Shown here: positions 9,372 to 19,220 of the stretch, piece after piece
Layout: each line of letters starts with the position of its first letter
Numbering within the stretch: the stretch's first letter is position 1
NCBI GenBank assembly: GCA_012521375.1
Contig: JAAYMO010000109.1
Span: 1,291 to 65,290, forward strand
Source of the DNA: Clostridiales bacterium
Lineage (GTDB): Bacteria > Bacillota > Clostridia > Lutisporales > Lutisporaceae
Reading direction: 5' to 3'
DNA: 64,000 bases
Notes under the pieces: model-generated
Told to the model about the DNA's origin: nothing
Databases searched by the model: none
Seen by the model: the letters and a program-made list of their open reading frames with translations, nothing else
Made by a program: the position numbers and the translations under genes

Positions 9372-9418
9372 TAATAAAAGTCCATCTGTTTTGGCAATAA
9401 TTGCTCTACAGATGGACT
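9372..9418 (-). terminator. Intrinsic terminator of the aor leader, overlapping riboswitch P1
   Basis: Transcript AGTCCATCTGT-18 nt-ACAGATGGACT-TTTATTA; the first 4 nt belong to the P1 3' strand. Confidence 0.75.
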
Positions 9419-9500
9419 CCTTTGCACAATGGCAGGTATGGGCATTTCTACCCATGCCCTATCGTTCCAAGTCCTTTTCGGGCTCCTTGGAATCGGAGTC
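9415..9500 (-). ncRNA. Moco/Tuco (Wco) riboswitch no. 1, upstream of the aor operon
   Basis: Transcript GACTCC-GAT-TCCAAG..CTTGGA-ACGAT-AGGGCATGGGT-AGAAAT-GCCCATACCT-GCCATTGTGCAAA-GGAGTC; P1, P2, P4 with AGAAAT loop and P5 like the Moco RNA motif; no P3. Confidence 0.85.
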
Positions 9501-9850
9501 TATATATAGTTAAAAGTCATACATTTAATTAACTATTCTACATATATTTGCCAAGTCCTTTTAATATGACTAAAATATTTGAAAATTTTTTAAATTTTAT
9601 TTACTTATATTTAAATTTATTAAATGAGAAGGTAAACTAAATATGTATATGAAAAATATGTAGATTTTATAAAAATATTGTGGCAAAATGTAAGCTGTAT
9701 AATTTATGATTTAATAAATCAAGTTTTGATGAAAAGGGATAAGCATATAAAAGGTATTGGTGTGGACATGCTTATAACATTTGAAATGAGAAATGCAAAT
9801 ATTAAATAAAATATTTAAGCTTATTCAGTGAGGTATTAGGAGGTCATAGT

Positions 9851-10690
9851 ATGGGTAAAAAAATATGTATGGTTATTTTTTTATTATTGCTATTATTAAA
9901 AGTTCCATATGTTTATGCCGAAGCAAATGAGGTTTCAAAACTATCGGATATAACAGCGGAGCAGAAAGTAGTAGTACTTATGTATCATCATGTATTGCCA
10001 AATCAGCTCAATAAGTATTATAGAAACAATTCTGCCGTAATTTCATTAGAGGCTTTTAAAGAACAAATGAAATATTTATATGATAATGATTATAATATAA
10101 TTACTATCAGAGAATTAGAGGAATTTATATATTACAAAAGACCGTTACATAAATCAAAAAATAACACCAGTGTATTAATAACGTTTGATGATGGCTATCT
10201 CAGCAATTATATTTGGGCCTATCCAGTACTCAAAAGCTATGGGTTTAAAGCCACAGTATTTTCTATCACATCCCATATTCCAAAAAAAAGTATAGAAGTA
10301 ATAAATCCTGATAAGCTTGAAAAAATCAGCTACGAACAGATGGTAGCCACAAGGGATGTATTCGATTACGAAAGCCATAGCCATGCATTTCATAAAAAAG
10401 ATCATAATAATGTTTCATATATAGTATCCATGAACAAAGATGAAGTAATGGAAGACTTGCAGATATCAATAAATAAGCTTGGCTCTTCTAAATACTTTGC
10501 TTATCCATATGGAGAATATAATGAAGAAACCATAGATGTCCTGGAAATATTAGGTTTCAAGCTGGCTTTCACAACTAAACCAGGATATATCAACCATGAT
10601 AATCATCCATACCATCTGACTAGATTTGCCATAACCCCTTTCACTTCATTAGAACAATTTAAGAAGATAATGAATCTAAATGACTTATGA
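9851..10690 (+). CDS. Exported polysaccharide deacetylase (CE4/NodB, PgaB/IcaB-like)
   Basis: Signal peptide; VLMYHH, LITFDDGY, ESHSHAFH, FAYPYG motifs. Confidence 0.9.
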   Translation: MGKKICMVIFLLLLLLKVPYVYAEANEVSKLSDITAEQKVVVLMYHHVLPNQLNKYYRNNSAVISLEAFKEQMKYLYDNDYNIITIRELEEFIYYKRPLHKSKNNTSVLITFDDGYLSNYIWAYPVLKSYGFKATVFSITSHIPKKSIEVINPDKLEKISYEQMVATRDVFDYESHSHAFHKKDHNNVSYIVSMNKDEVMEDLQISINKLGSSKYFAYPYGEYNEETIDVLEILGFKLAFTTKPGYINHDNHPYHLTRFAITPFTSLEQFKKIMNLNDL

Positions 10691-10890
10691 TTCAAAGTGT
10701 ATGGGTATAAACACAATAGATGAAATAAGATAAATTTTTGATATAAAAATTATAAGTATGACAAGCTGTAGAAGATACTTCTTTTATCATTAGATTGTGT
10801 TATGATATTAATAAAAACTGAGTAATTAAATTTCCAACATAATGAATAGAAATAATAATATATATTTCGTGATGTTGAGGAGAGTTTTTT

Positions 10891-11307
10891 ATGAAACTAG
10901 AAAAATCATGCGGAGCTATTGTTTATAGAAGGATAAATAATAATATAGAGTTTTTGGCTATTAAAAGCAATTCTCCGGGAGGCCATTGGGGTTTTCCAAA
11001 AGGCCATGTTGAAGAAGGAGAAACGGAAGAGGAAACAAGTATAAGAGAGGTGTATGAAGAAACAGGCTTGATCATTAAGCTTTGTAAAGGCTTTAGAGAA
11101 TACGATAAATACCAAGTATCTGAGAATACATATAAGGAAGTTATTTTCTTTATTGCTGATGCAATGGATCAAAATGTTGTGATAAATGAAGATGAGGTAG
11201 TAGAATATCGATGGGCCTCATTTGATGAGATATATGATATATTGACTTATGACAGTTCCAAAAACATATTAAAAAAAGCAAAGGAATTTGTTGAAAGACA
11301 GTGTTAG
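10891..11307 (+). CDS. NUDIX hydrolase (Ap4A hydrolase-like)
   Basis: Nudix box GHVEEGETEEETSIREVYEETG preceded by WGFPK. Confidence 0.9.
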   Translation: MKLEKSCGAIVYRRINNNIEFLAIKSNSPGGHWGFPKGHVEEGETEEETSIREVYEETGLIIKLCKGFREYDKYQVSENTYKEVIFFIADAMDQNVVINEDEVVEYRWASFDEIYDILTYDSSKNILKKAKEFVERQC

Positions 11308-11349
11308 GTGGTAATATATTAATTTATCATATACTAAGGAGGGATAAAA

Positions 11350-12246
11350 ATGGCTAAACTTATAGAATGCGTGCCTAATTTCAGTGAAGGCATCAATAAA
11401 GAAGTGATTGAGAAAATTGTTGATGAAGTAAGGAAGGTTGATGGTGTAAAGCTACTGGATTATTCTTCAGACACTGATCACAACAGAACAGTAGTCACTT
11501 TTATTGGGGAACCTGAGGCAGTTAAGACTGCTGCATTTAATCTGACAAAAAAGGCGTCTGAGCTAATAGATATGACAGTTCATAAGGGTGGACACCCAAG
11601 AATGGGGGCCACTGATGTAGTTCCCTTCATACCCGTATTGGATGTTACTATGGACGAATGTGTGGAAATAGCAAGAGAAGTGGGGAAAAGAATCGGTGAA
11701 GAACTGAGCATTCCGGTATATCTATATGAAAGCGCTGCCACCAAACCTGACAGAGTCAATTTGGCTGAAGTGAGAAAGGGCCAATACGAAGGTTTCTTTG
11801 AGAAGATAAAGGATGAGAATTGGAAGCCTGATTTTGGTCCATGTGAGATGAATAAAAAATCGGGAGCCACAGCTGTAGGAGCAAGGGCTCCCTTGGTAGC
11901 ATTTAATGTTAATTTGGGAACCAGCGATATAAATATAGCTGACAAGATAGCTAAAACTGTAAGGCATATTGGAGGCGGATTGAGATTTGTTAAGGCTATG
12001 GGGGTAAGATTAGAAGAAAGAAACATTGTGCAGGTTTCCATGAATCTTACAAACTATGAGAAGACAGCTGTTTACAGAGCTTTTGAAATGATAAAGATGG
12101 AAGCTAAGAGATATGGTGTACCAGTTGTGGGAAGTGAGGTCGTAGGTTTAGTGCCTATGAAAGCACTTATTGACTGTGCAGAATATTATCTGCAAATTGA
12201 AAACTTCAGCATGGATCAAGTATTAGAAAAAAGAATAATGGAATAA
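11350..12246 (+). CDS. ftcD: Glutamate formiminotransferase
   Basis: MAKLIECVPNFSEG, DHNRTVVT, HKGGHPRMGATDVVPF, QVSMNLTNYEKT. Confidence 0.95.
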   Translation: MAKLIECVPNFSEGINKEVIEKIVDEVRKVDGVKLLDYSSDTDHNRTVVTFIGEPEAVKTAAFNLTKKASELIDMTVHKGGHPRMGATDVVPFIPVLDVTMDECVEIAREVGKRIGEELSIPVYLYESAATKPDRVNLAEVRKGQYEGFFEKIKDENWKPDFGPCEMNKKSGATAVGARAPLVAFNVNLGTSDINIADKIAKTVRHIGGGLRFVKAMGVRLEERNIVQVSMNLTNYEKTAVYRAFEMIKMEAKRYGVPVVGSEVVGLVPMKALIDCAEYYLQIENFSMDQVLEKRIME

Positions 12247-12257
12247 TAATTTTTCAA

Positions 12258-12292
12258 CAAAGGGTGCTTTAACAAAGCGCCTTTTACTTTTT
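12258..12292 (+). terminator. Probable intrinsic terminator after ftcD
   Basis: AAGGGTGCTTT-AAC-AAAGCGCCTT followed by TTACTTTT. Confidence 0.55.
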
Positions 12293-12404
12293 CATCTACC
12301 ACGTAGACGGCAGTAGCCTATTGACTTTAGGCTGTATATTATTGCATAATATCTGGTAATAATCATATGCGTAGCAATATAATAATTGCAGAAAGGATGA
12401 TACT

Positions 12405-12809
12405 ATGGAAAGAACATTGGTGCTTATAAAACCTGATGCTATGGAGAGGAAACTGATGGGAGAAATAATCTCCATCTATGAGAAAAAGGGATTTCATATA
12501 TCAGCACTGAAGATAGTAAAGCCGACAAAGGAAATGGCTGAAGAGCATTACGCAGAACATAAGGGCAAACCCTTCTATGAAAATCTTGTAAGTTTTATTA
12601 CCAAAGGTGAAGTGTGCGCTTTGGTGATAGAAGGTGAAAATGTTATTGAAGCAGTGAGGAAAATAAATGGTGCTACTGATCCTTTAAATGCAGAACCGGG
12701 TACAATCAGGGGCAGGTATGCATTATCCAAATCAGAAAATGCAGTTCATGCATCTGATTCAATTGAAAGTGCCGAAAGAGAGATAAAAATCTGGTTCCCG
12801 GAGCTATAA
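12405..12809 (+). CDS. ndk: Nucleoside diphosphate kinase
   Basis: ERTLVLIKPDA, PGTIRG, NAVHASDS. Confidence 0.97.
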   Translation: MERTLVLIKPDAMERKLMGEIISIYEKKGFHISALKIVKPTKEMAEEHYAEHKGKPFYENLVSFITKGEVCALVIEGENVIEAVRKINGATDPLNAEPGTIRGRYALSKSENAVHASDSIESAEREIKIWFPEL

Positions 12810-12889
12810 CCCTTTATTGTTTATAAGCCATAGGAAAGTATAATTCTACCTTAATATTAACTTGACCTAATGGCTTTCTTAAAATCCAC

Positions 12890-15742
12890 ATGAATAACAT
12901 ACAGACGTATCCTGACTATTTCAGGGCTGGCTCAATGGGACCTGATGCTTTTCCTGATATCTATGTAGGCCAGAAATTTGCCCATCGACAGACTGGGATA
13001 AAATCCGGAGACTGGATCAAGTATCTTATGGATCAGGTAAAAAAGTTGCCTGCTCAATCGGATGAACGGAAAAAAGCTTTGGCTTTCACCCTGGGATATG
13101 TTGTTCATGCTTCCGGAGACTTATTCGGACACGCCTATGTAAATAATTGGGCTAAAGGCTCGTGGTCGGGGATAAGTGACCCAGAGAATGCAAGTCTTGA
13201 TGATGCGGAAGTGATAATGAGACACTTGGTGGTTGAAGGGTATATTGATAATCATAAGGTTCCGGAAAGATATAAAACTGATGAATACCAGAGAATAGCC
13301 GCACCCAAGGAATTCATACATGATAATTTAATAGCCAATGGAAAAAATCCCAACTATGATGATGTAAGAAGCGATGATGTAAATATCAGTCCCTTTTATG
13401 CCAGAACAGGCTCAACACCCATGCATTTGGGGATACTTTATAGAATACGTGAGAATTTGAAAAGAGGAATTGCTTCAAGAGAGTCCTATAATCCTGTGAG
13501 AATATATATGGAATACTGGCTTGAAGATATTGACAACGGACTGAGAGCCTGGGTAGAAACCAGTGAAAGGGTTGCAAAGGCTTTTCTGCTGCGCCAGAAT
13601 AGTTTTCCCACTGCTATTAATGAGTTGGAGCAATGGGGAATAGAACATTTTACGAGCATGGTGGGAGCACCGGATTTTGTTGGAGGAGTAGTTTTGACTG
13701 CCAGCCAAATATATGATGTCATTGAAGAAATAATACCCGAGTCTTTGCGGCAATTCATAGAGGATTTGAAGAGAGGTTTCTATGATAAACTGCTTAATAT
13801 GGCATATGGCATAAACTATGCTGATATGGTAAATATGTTTAATGACCCTGGCACATATTTTGACAGACCGGGACTATTCCCAACAGACGCCAGAGTCAGG
13901 CTGGACAGTGATACGAATAATCTGAATATGCTTCGACCGTTTAAGAACAGTGTAATGATGGCTAAGCTGAACCTCATAGGACGCGAGGGTATGGAGCAAA
14001 TATTAAGGATGGCCGACGTAGAGCGTGTAGGAGCGGATATCTACCCTCCAATTTGCTTCATTAAGGCTCTGGACGTGGGATACGACTGGAACGATATAAG
14101 CTTTGAAGGGCTGAGAATATGGGATGACCATTGGGCAAGAGCATCGATATTTGATAAAATCTTCGAGCCGGAATCAACTAGATACAAATGGCTGTCAAAG
14201 AATGAGAGGGATGTACTGGATGCATATAATGCTATCATGAATGCAGATCCCGATCCATCTATAATGCATTATTATTCTGAATGGATGAAGAACGGCTGGA
14301 CGAAGGAAGATGTGGAAAATGATCTGAGACAGTACCTGGCAAATCAGGCTTATCTTGATGATTACCGCCAAAAGACGGAAATAACTGAGGAAATTATATA
14401 TGCGGATACAGTAATTAACAGCTTGCATCAGGGTATGCCTCGTCGTGTATATAAAAATCTTGATCTCAATGGAAAACAGCTTACAGTTAATTGCAACCTG
14501 GAAATATATAGAACGGGTTCTATAAATCTAAACGGAGGCACATTGATTGTCAATGGTGACCTCATCCTGGTGGAATCTGGTGTAATAGTCAATGGAATAA
14601 ACACAGGCGGGGTATTGCTAGTCAACGGAGGAAATGTTATTGTACACGGCAACCTTGTGATTAAAAGCGGAATAGTAGACATGGGAAGAGGAACCATGAG
14701 TGTTGACGGAGATTTGGAGCTATCAGGAGGGCTTTTGGATGTTAATGAAGGAAGAGCCAATATAGCTGGAAACTTCGGAATATCTGCTATAATAAGGTCT
14801 CTTCCAGGTGCAACAGGACCATATACAAGATACATCTATGGGGGAGGCAACGGCATATTGAAGATGAATAATGATGATGATTATGTCTCTGTAGGAGGGA
14901 ATTTCGTTACAACCTCCAAAGTCTCACACGAGAATTATCTTACAGCAGGCACACTGGAAGTTAAAGGAGACTTTTATCAGGCATCCTGGGCATATGGCTG
15001 CCATATCCATATAATTGACGGAGTTGCCAACTTGTTTATAAATGACGCAGTAAGATTCCCTGCCGGTGACAGAATGAATTTCAAGGCTTCCGACAATCAT
15101 AGGGTGTTGCTGTCGGGAGACAGAAATCAAAATGTAGGAATGGTTTTAACGGGTTTAAATGATTCTCAGTTCAATATATTGGAAGTCACCAATAATGCAG
15201 GGGTAAATTTTGTAACCAAAGTGACTGTTGCAAAGCTGTTTGATCATAATAACAATGCATTTACTCTGACAGATGCTGAAAACTCCATATTCCCGGACTA
15301 TGATGGAGACGGGCAAAAGGATAATGAAGATACAACACCATCAACACCATCGGCAACAACGACACCACCGTTAATGCCGAAACCGCCGACATTACCGAAT
15401 CTGCCAACAACAACTATTCCGATAACACAGAAACCCTCAGTCACTGCAGCAGACCCGTCATCAACAGCTCCTACGAATCTAAAAGCATCTGTCGTTGGAA
15501 GCAGTATTAAATTGCAGTGGACTGGTATAAAATCAGAAAATTTAGTTGGATACTTTATATACAGGGGTACGACATCGGGTCAGCAGGATAAAGATCCACT
15601 AAATAATGCTCCTATAACAGGAAATGAGTATACAGATACCAATGTAAAAAGAGATACAACTTACTATTATATTGTAAAGGCTGTTTATTCGGATGGTAGC
15701 TATTCACAGCCTTCAGCCGAAGTTGTTGTTACAATTAGATAA
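12890..15742 (+). CDS. Large modular protein, apparently 5'-truncated: Zn-dependent phospholipase C/P1-like domain, Gly/Asn-rich beta-repeat region, DxDxDG motif, Pro/Thr linker, fibronectin type III domain
   Basis: YFRAGSMGPDAFPD, LGYVVHASGDLFGHAYVN, HLVVEGYID; DYDGDGQKDNED; TTPSTPSATTTPP linker; PTNLKA...LQW...GYFIYRG...YYYIVKAV. In-frame TGA only 8 codons upstream; no RBS or signal peptide. Confidence 0.6.
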   Translation: MNNIQTYPDYFRAGSMGPDAFPDIYVGQKFAHRQTGIKSGDWIKYLMDQVKKLPAQSDERKKALAFTLGYVVHASGDLFGHAYVNNWAKGSWSGISDPENASLDDAEVIMRHLVVEGYIDNHKVPERYKTDEYQRIAAPKEFIHDNLIANGKNPNYDDVRSDDVNISPFYARTGSTPMHLGILYRIRENLKRGIASRESYNPVRIYMEYWLEDIDNGLRAWVETSERVAKAFLLRQNSFPTAINELEQWGIEHFTSMVGAPDFVGGVVLTASQIYDVIEEIIPESLRQFIEDLKRGFYDKLLNMAYGINYADMVNMFNDPGTYFDRPGLFPTDARVRLDSDTNNLNMLRPFKNSVMMAKLNLIGREGMEQILRMADVERVGADIYPPICFIKALDVGYDWNDISFEGLRIWDDHWARASIFDKIFEPESTRYKWLSKNERDVLDAYNAIMNADPDPSIMHYYSEWMKNGWTKEDVENDLRQYLANQAYLDDYRQKTEITEEIIYADTVINSLHQGMPRRVYKNLDLNGKQLTVNCNLEIYRTGSINLNGGTLIVNGDLILVESGVIVNGINTGGVLLVNGGNVIVHGNLVIKSGIVDMGRGTMSVDGDLELSGGLLDVNEGRANIAGNFGISAIIRSLPGATGPYTRYIYGGGNGILKMNNDDDYVSVGGNFVTTSKVSHENYLTAGTLEVKGDFYQASWAYGCHIHIIDGVANLFINDAVRFPAGDRMNFKASDNHRVLLSGDRNQNVGMVLTGLNDSQFNILEVTNNAGVNFVTKVTVAKLFDHNNNAFTLTDAENSIFPDYDGDGQKDNEDTTPSTPSATTTPPLMPKPPTLPNLPTTTIPITQKPSVTAADPSSTAPTNLKASVVGSSIKLQWTGIKSENLVGYFIYRGTTSGQQDKDPLNNAPITGNEYTDTNVKRDTTYYYIVKAVYSDGSYSQPSAEVVVTIR

Positions 15743-15831
15743 ATATTAATCATAAAGCTATCAGTTATAAAGCTGTCTTTTTACAGGCATATCAGCTTGG
15801 AGAGAGATAGCTTTTTTTCTGCATGATGCTT

Positions 15832-16575
15832 TTATTTCAGAAATTGACGAGTTTTTCCCATTAGATAGGCAAGCTTTATAATTTCCTGTTCTTCTTTGGA
15901 CATTTTGCGATTAAACATTTTTTCAAACTGCTGTATGAGCTTGTCATAATCAATTTTTCTTTTGTGCTGTCTGGGCCTGGCTGGTACAAAGGATGGTTCA
16001 TAAAAACAAAGCTCAATAGATGGACTATATATCTTCTTTAATATCTCAGCAGTATAGTAAGCATCAGAAAATGCATCATGAAAACTATATATAATAGGAA
16101 TATGAAGAGCTTCGACTGCATTTTCCAGCCGAAGCATGTTTTTTACCGGGAGACCAAAATATTTAGATACATAGGGTTGAAGATTAATGTATTGATTAGG
16201 TATATGTTTAGAATCTAAATTATGATATTCCGCATTTCTAAATAGTTCTTTTATATCAGACATCCCCCAGACGCAGAATACAGAATCTGAATCACCTATA
16301 AAATCCACGAAGCATTCATAAACCTCTGGAAAAGCTTGTTCATTTGCAAGCTGTTCTGTAGTAATTCCTGTCAGTTGAGTGATAAATGGACTTACTTTTC
16401 CGTAGATAGTTGGTTTTACAAATCTATTAAAGGAAGCAACTCTATTAAAATGAGAATCTAATTTTAAAGCTCCAATCTGAATTATTTCAAAGGGATATTT
16501 GGACCACTTCACTTTGGTATCTTGCAAGGAAGATAAATCCTGATTAAATTCCATATCAAACACTATATAATGCAT
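15832..16575 (-). CDS. DEDD-family 3'-5' exonuclease (KapD/ERI-1-like)
   Basis: YIVFDMEFNQ, EIIQIGA, FNRFVKP, WGMSD, HDAFSDAYYT; RBS AAGGAG before ATG 16575. Confidence 0.85.
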   Translation of the reverse strand: MHYIVFDMEFNQDLSSLQDTKVKWSKYPFEIIQIGALKLDSHFNRVASFNRFVKPTIYGKVSPFITQLTGITTEQLANEQAFPEVYECFVDFIGDSDSVFCVWGMSDIKELFRNAEYHNLDSKHIPNQYINLQPYVSKYFGLPVKNMLRLENAVEALHIPIIYSFHDAFSDAYYTAEILKKIYSPSIELCFYEPSFVPARPRQHKRKIDYDKLIQQFEKMFNRKMSKEEQEIIKLAYLMGKTRQFLK

Positions 16576-16724
16576 ATCAATCTCCTTAAACATTTATAAG
16601 TAAAATTCGTCTTATATAATACATGATAACACTATTTCGCATTGAATATGATATCCTAACGACAGGTAGAAAAAACCAAATGCCTATGGTACAGTTAAAA
16701 TATACCGTGTGAAAGGTGAGTGCG

Positions 16725-17465
16725 ATGATAGTAGAAAGAATCAGGGAGCTGAATAGAAAGGATATCTTTTTAAAGATTGTATTGCCTGCAATTGTCATAG
16801 TATTATTGATTCTTTATTTCAAAGCTTTTTTTACCGAAGGTGCTTACTTTAATGATACATTTTTAGTAAAAAGCGTTGTTGGGGCAGAAAGACACTATAT
16901 GGGAAAAAGCAGGCAAGGTGGCATACATATAACGGTAAAGGGACTGGAGGATACTCATGAAAGCATGGAAGTTATTTATAGACTTCCTGGTAATGTAAAC
17001 AGGCAGTATACTGTGATGCTAAACCATGAAAATAAGTGGTTTTCGAGTATAGAAAAAATTATAGACAAAGACGGCAACATCATCTTCGAAGGTGAGTATA
17101 AAAAAGGGCAACAATACATGGTGGATAAAAACGGCAAGCCTTTATTTAGTTTTGATATTAAAGCATTGAGAAATGTAGATATAGCTTATGATGAAAACTA
17201 TAAAGTGCCCCTGAAGAATATCGCAGAGTTTGCATTCTCTGAAAAGGATACTCTCAGGGGAGAACTCCGCTATTTGATATATGCATTGATTCTGTTTTTT
17301 GTGACTTGGATTGATTATAAGTATCCTTTGTTCTTCTTTAGGCTTAAATACTGGATTGAAGTGGAAGACCCAAAACCGTCGGAGTTTTACTTGACAATGC
17401 AGAGAATATCCTATGCTGTATTTCCTATAATTGGAATAATTTTAATGATAGCTGCAATATATTAG
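16725..17465 (+). CDS. Hypothetical membrane protein (C-terminal segment resembles DUF6199)
   Basis: N-terminal TM, two C-terminal TMs, and a ...WIEVEDPKPSEFYL.. segment; RBS AAAGGTGAG. Confidence 0.55.
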   Translation: MIVERIRELNRKDIFLKIVLPAIVIVLLILYFKAFFTEGAYFNDTFLVKSVVGAERHYMGKSRQGGIHITVKGLEDTHESMEVIYRLPGNVNRQYTVMLNHENKWFSSIEKIIDKDGNIIFEGEYKKGQQYMVDKNGKPLFSFDIKALRNVDIAYDENYKVPLKNIAEFAFSEKDTLRGELRYLIYALILFFVTWIDYKYPLFFFRLKYWIEVEDPKPSEFYLTMQRISYAVFPIIGIILMIAAIY

Positions 17466-17514
17466 GCTGATAAAAGAGAATTCATATATTTATAGAATGT
17501 GAGGGATTGGGGTT

Positions 17515-18021
17515 ATGAAGGAACGATTTTATAATGCCGTGATATTTACTTTTATGATAATGCTGTTTCTTACATCGGCAGTTTATGCAAATTCATCCTG
17601 GCACTGGGTGACTACAAGTCCAATGACAGTTTTACCCTTCGCCATTATATTTACACTTTTTATTGAAACAGCTTCTGTTGTCAGATTTGGAAGGGTGGTA
17701 AATACTAGAAGAGTTCTGAAGGTTGTAGGTCTGGCGAATGTAATATCTTTTATTGCACCTTATTTGGAACGGGCATATAGATTCAGGCCTGTAGCTGGAG
17801 AGTTATCTTTATTGGCTGCTTTTAATAAAGGACCATATTATATGATACTAAGCGGCTATCTGTTTCTGACTATTGCTGTAGAATTACCAATAGTATATTA
17901 TCTTTTAAGTAAAGAAACCGCGAATAAAAAGAAATTAATAGGGGCAATTATTTCATCCAATATTATTACTACACTATTAGTAGCTATTTGTGAACGAATG
18001 ATTTGTATAGGAAGATGGTGA
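17515..18021 (+). CDS. Hypothetical multi-pass membrane protein
   Basis: 168-aa ORF with RBS, signal-like N-terminus and several hydrophobic helices (LANVISF, AVELPIVY, SNIITT). Confidence 0.7.
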   Translation: MKERFYNAVIFTFMIMLFLTSAVYANSSWHWVTTSPMTVLPFAIIFTLFIETASVVRFGRVVNTRRVLKVVGLANVISFIAPYLERAYRFRPVAGELSLLAAFNKGPYYMILSGYLFLTIAVELPIVYYLLSKETANKKKLIGAIISSNIITTLLVAICERMICIGRW

Positions 18022-18139
18022 AGTATCATTGGATAAAATCTTATATATGAAACAGCCTAATATTAAGGGAAAGCTTTATTATGCTTGTATATGCAGATCA
18101 GAGGATGATTCTGGAGGAATGTGTCCCAGTACACGGTTT

Positions 18140-18724
18140 TTATAGGAACAGAGAAATAGCAGAATATACAAGGAGCAAAGCCATGATTGTGTTAACTACC
18201 TTGATGTTTTTCACAAGAAATCTTTGGAATACGGAGCCGAATAATCCCCAGCAGCAGTTTGAAACAAACGCAGTAAAGGCCAGCAGCACAGCAAAGCCTG
18301 TGATTACTGGAGCAGACTTATAATAAGGCACTATGAAAACAGAAACAGTTGTAACAGCATAAATGATACCCTTTGGATTTACAAACTGAAGAAGTAATCC
18401 CCATATATATTTATTTGTGTTTTTTGCATTACCTTCATCACTATTGGGTTTGCTGGTATAAGTTTTCCAAGCAAGCCATAGTATATAAGCAGCACCAACA
18501 TAAGTCATAATTGACTGAATTGATGGGATAAGATTGAAAAGAGTGACGCTAAAAAGGCCGCATAGAGTAAATATTATAAAAAAGCCAGTAAAAACGCCTG
18601 CATTAAATGGTATGCTTTTTTTAAACCCATATCTGCTGGCATTTGACATAGCCATTATATTATTAGGACCAGGTGTGAATGTGGTAACAATTACATAGGA
18701 TATAAAAGCAGGAAAACTAGGCAT
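18140..18724 (-). CDS. LysE-family amino acid exporter (EamB-like)
   Basis: TFTPGPNNIM, GAAYILWLAWK, LQFVNPK; RBS GGAGGT. Confidence 0.9.
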   Translation of the reverse strand: MPSFPAFISYVIVTTFTPGPNNIMAMSNASRYGFKKSIPFNAGVFTGFFIIFTLCGLFSVTLFNLIPSIQSIMTYVGAAYILWLAWKTYTSKPNSDEGNAKNTNKYIWGLLLQFVNPKGIIYAVTTVSVFIVPYYKSAPVITGFAVLLAFTAFVSNCCWGLFGSVFQRFLVKNIKVVNTIMALLLVYSAISLFL

Positions 18725-18853
18725 AATACTTTACCTCCATGTTTTTCAATAAATCTTTATTGATATTATATCAGATAATTATGAATTAGATATGCATTAT
18801 TTTACTATATATATTTATTAATATGAATATGCAAGGAAAGGGAGAAGATTATT

Positions 18854-19219
18854 GTGAATATTAATGTTATAAAAGAAAATGATGTGAAAATTGCTGTTGT
18901 AAACAGCAGCGAAGTTTTAATTACAGATGTTCAATCTGCATTGGATTTTATTGCAACAGTAGGATTTGAAACAGGCTGTCACAGGATAGTTTTGAATAAA
19001 TCAGCAATATGTGAAGATTTTTTCGATTTAAAAACAAGGCTTGCCGGAGAAGTATTGCAAAAGTTTATAAACTATAATGTCAAAGTGGCTATTGTGGGCG
19101 ACTTCTCAGTGTATAACAGCAAGAGTTTAAGGGATTTCATATATGAAAGCAATAAAGGAAAGAATATATTCTTCTTATCGGATGAAGAAAAGGCTATTGA
19201 CAAACTAAGGGGGGTATAA
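18854..19219 (+). CDS. DUF4180-family protein
   Basis: DVQSALD, FFDLKTRLAGEVLQKFINY, VAIVGDFS, SLRDFIYESNKG. Confidence 0.8.
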   Translation: MNINVIKENDVKIAVVNSSEVLITDVQSALDFIATVGFETGCHRIVLNKSAICEDFFDLKTRLAGEVLQKFINYNVKVAIVGDFSVYNSKSLRDFIYESNKGKNIFFLSDEEKAIDKLRGV

Positions 19220-19220
19220 G

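Noticed and set aside
9312-9455. N-terminal extension of the 4Fe-4S ORF (MGRNAHTCHC...) in the ORF track
   Set aside because: It runs through the riboswitch and terminator and has no RBS; the ferredoxin motifs begin after ATG 9311.
9530-9556. Possible sigma-54 promoter (TTGGCA...) for the aor operon
   Set aside because: GG-N10 is followed by TA, not GC, so the -24/-12 spacing fails; no sigma-54 activator gene nearby.
12313-12334. AGCCTA-N7-TAGGCT palindrome around a TTGACT upstream of ndk
   Set aside because: Short and could be chance; no regulator can be assigned.
15330-15480. Tandem repeat array in the ACA/CCG-rich stretch
   Set aside because: It is the coding Pro/Thr linker of the 950-aa protein, with no exact repeat unit.
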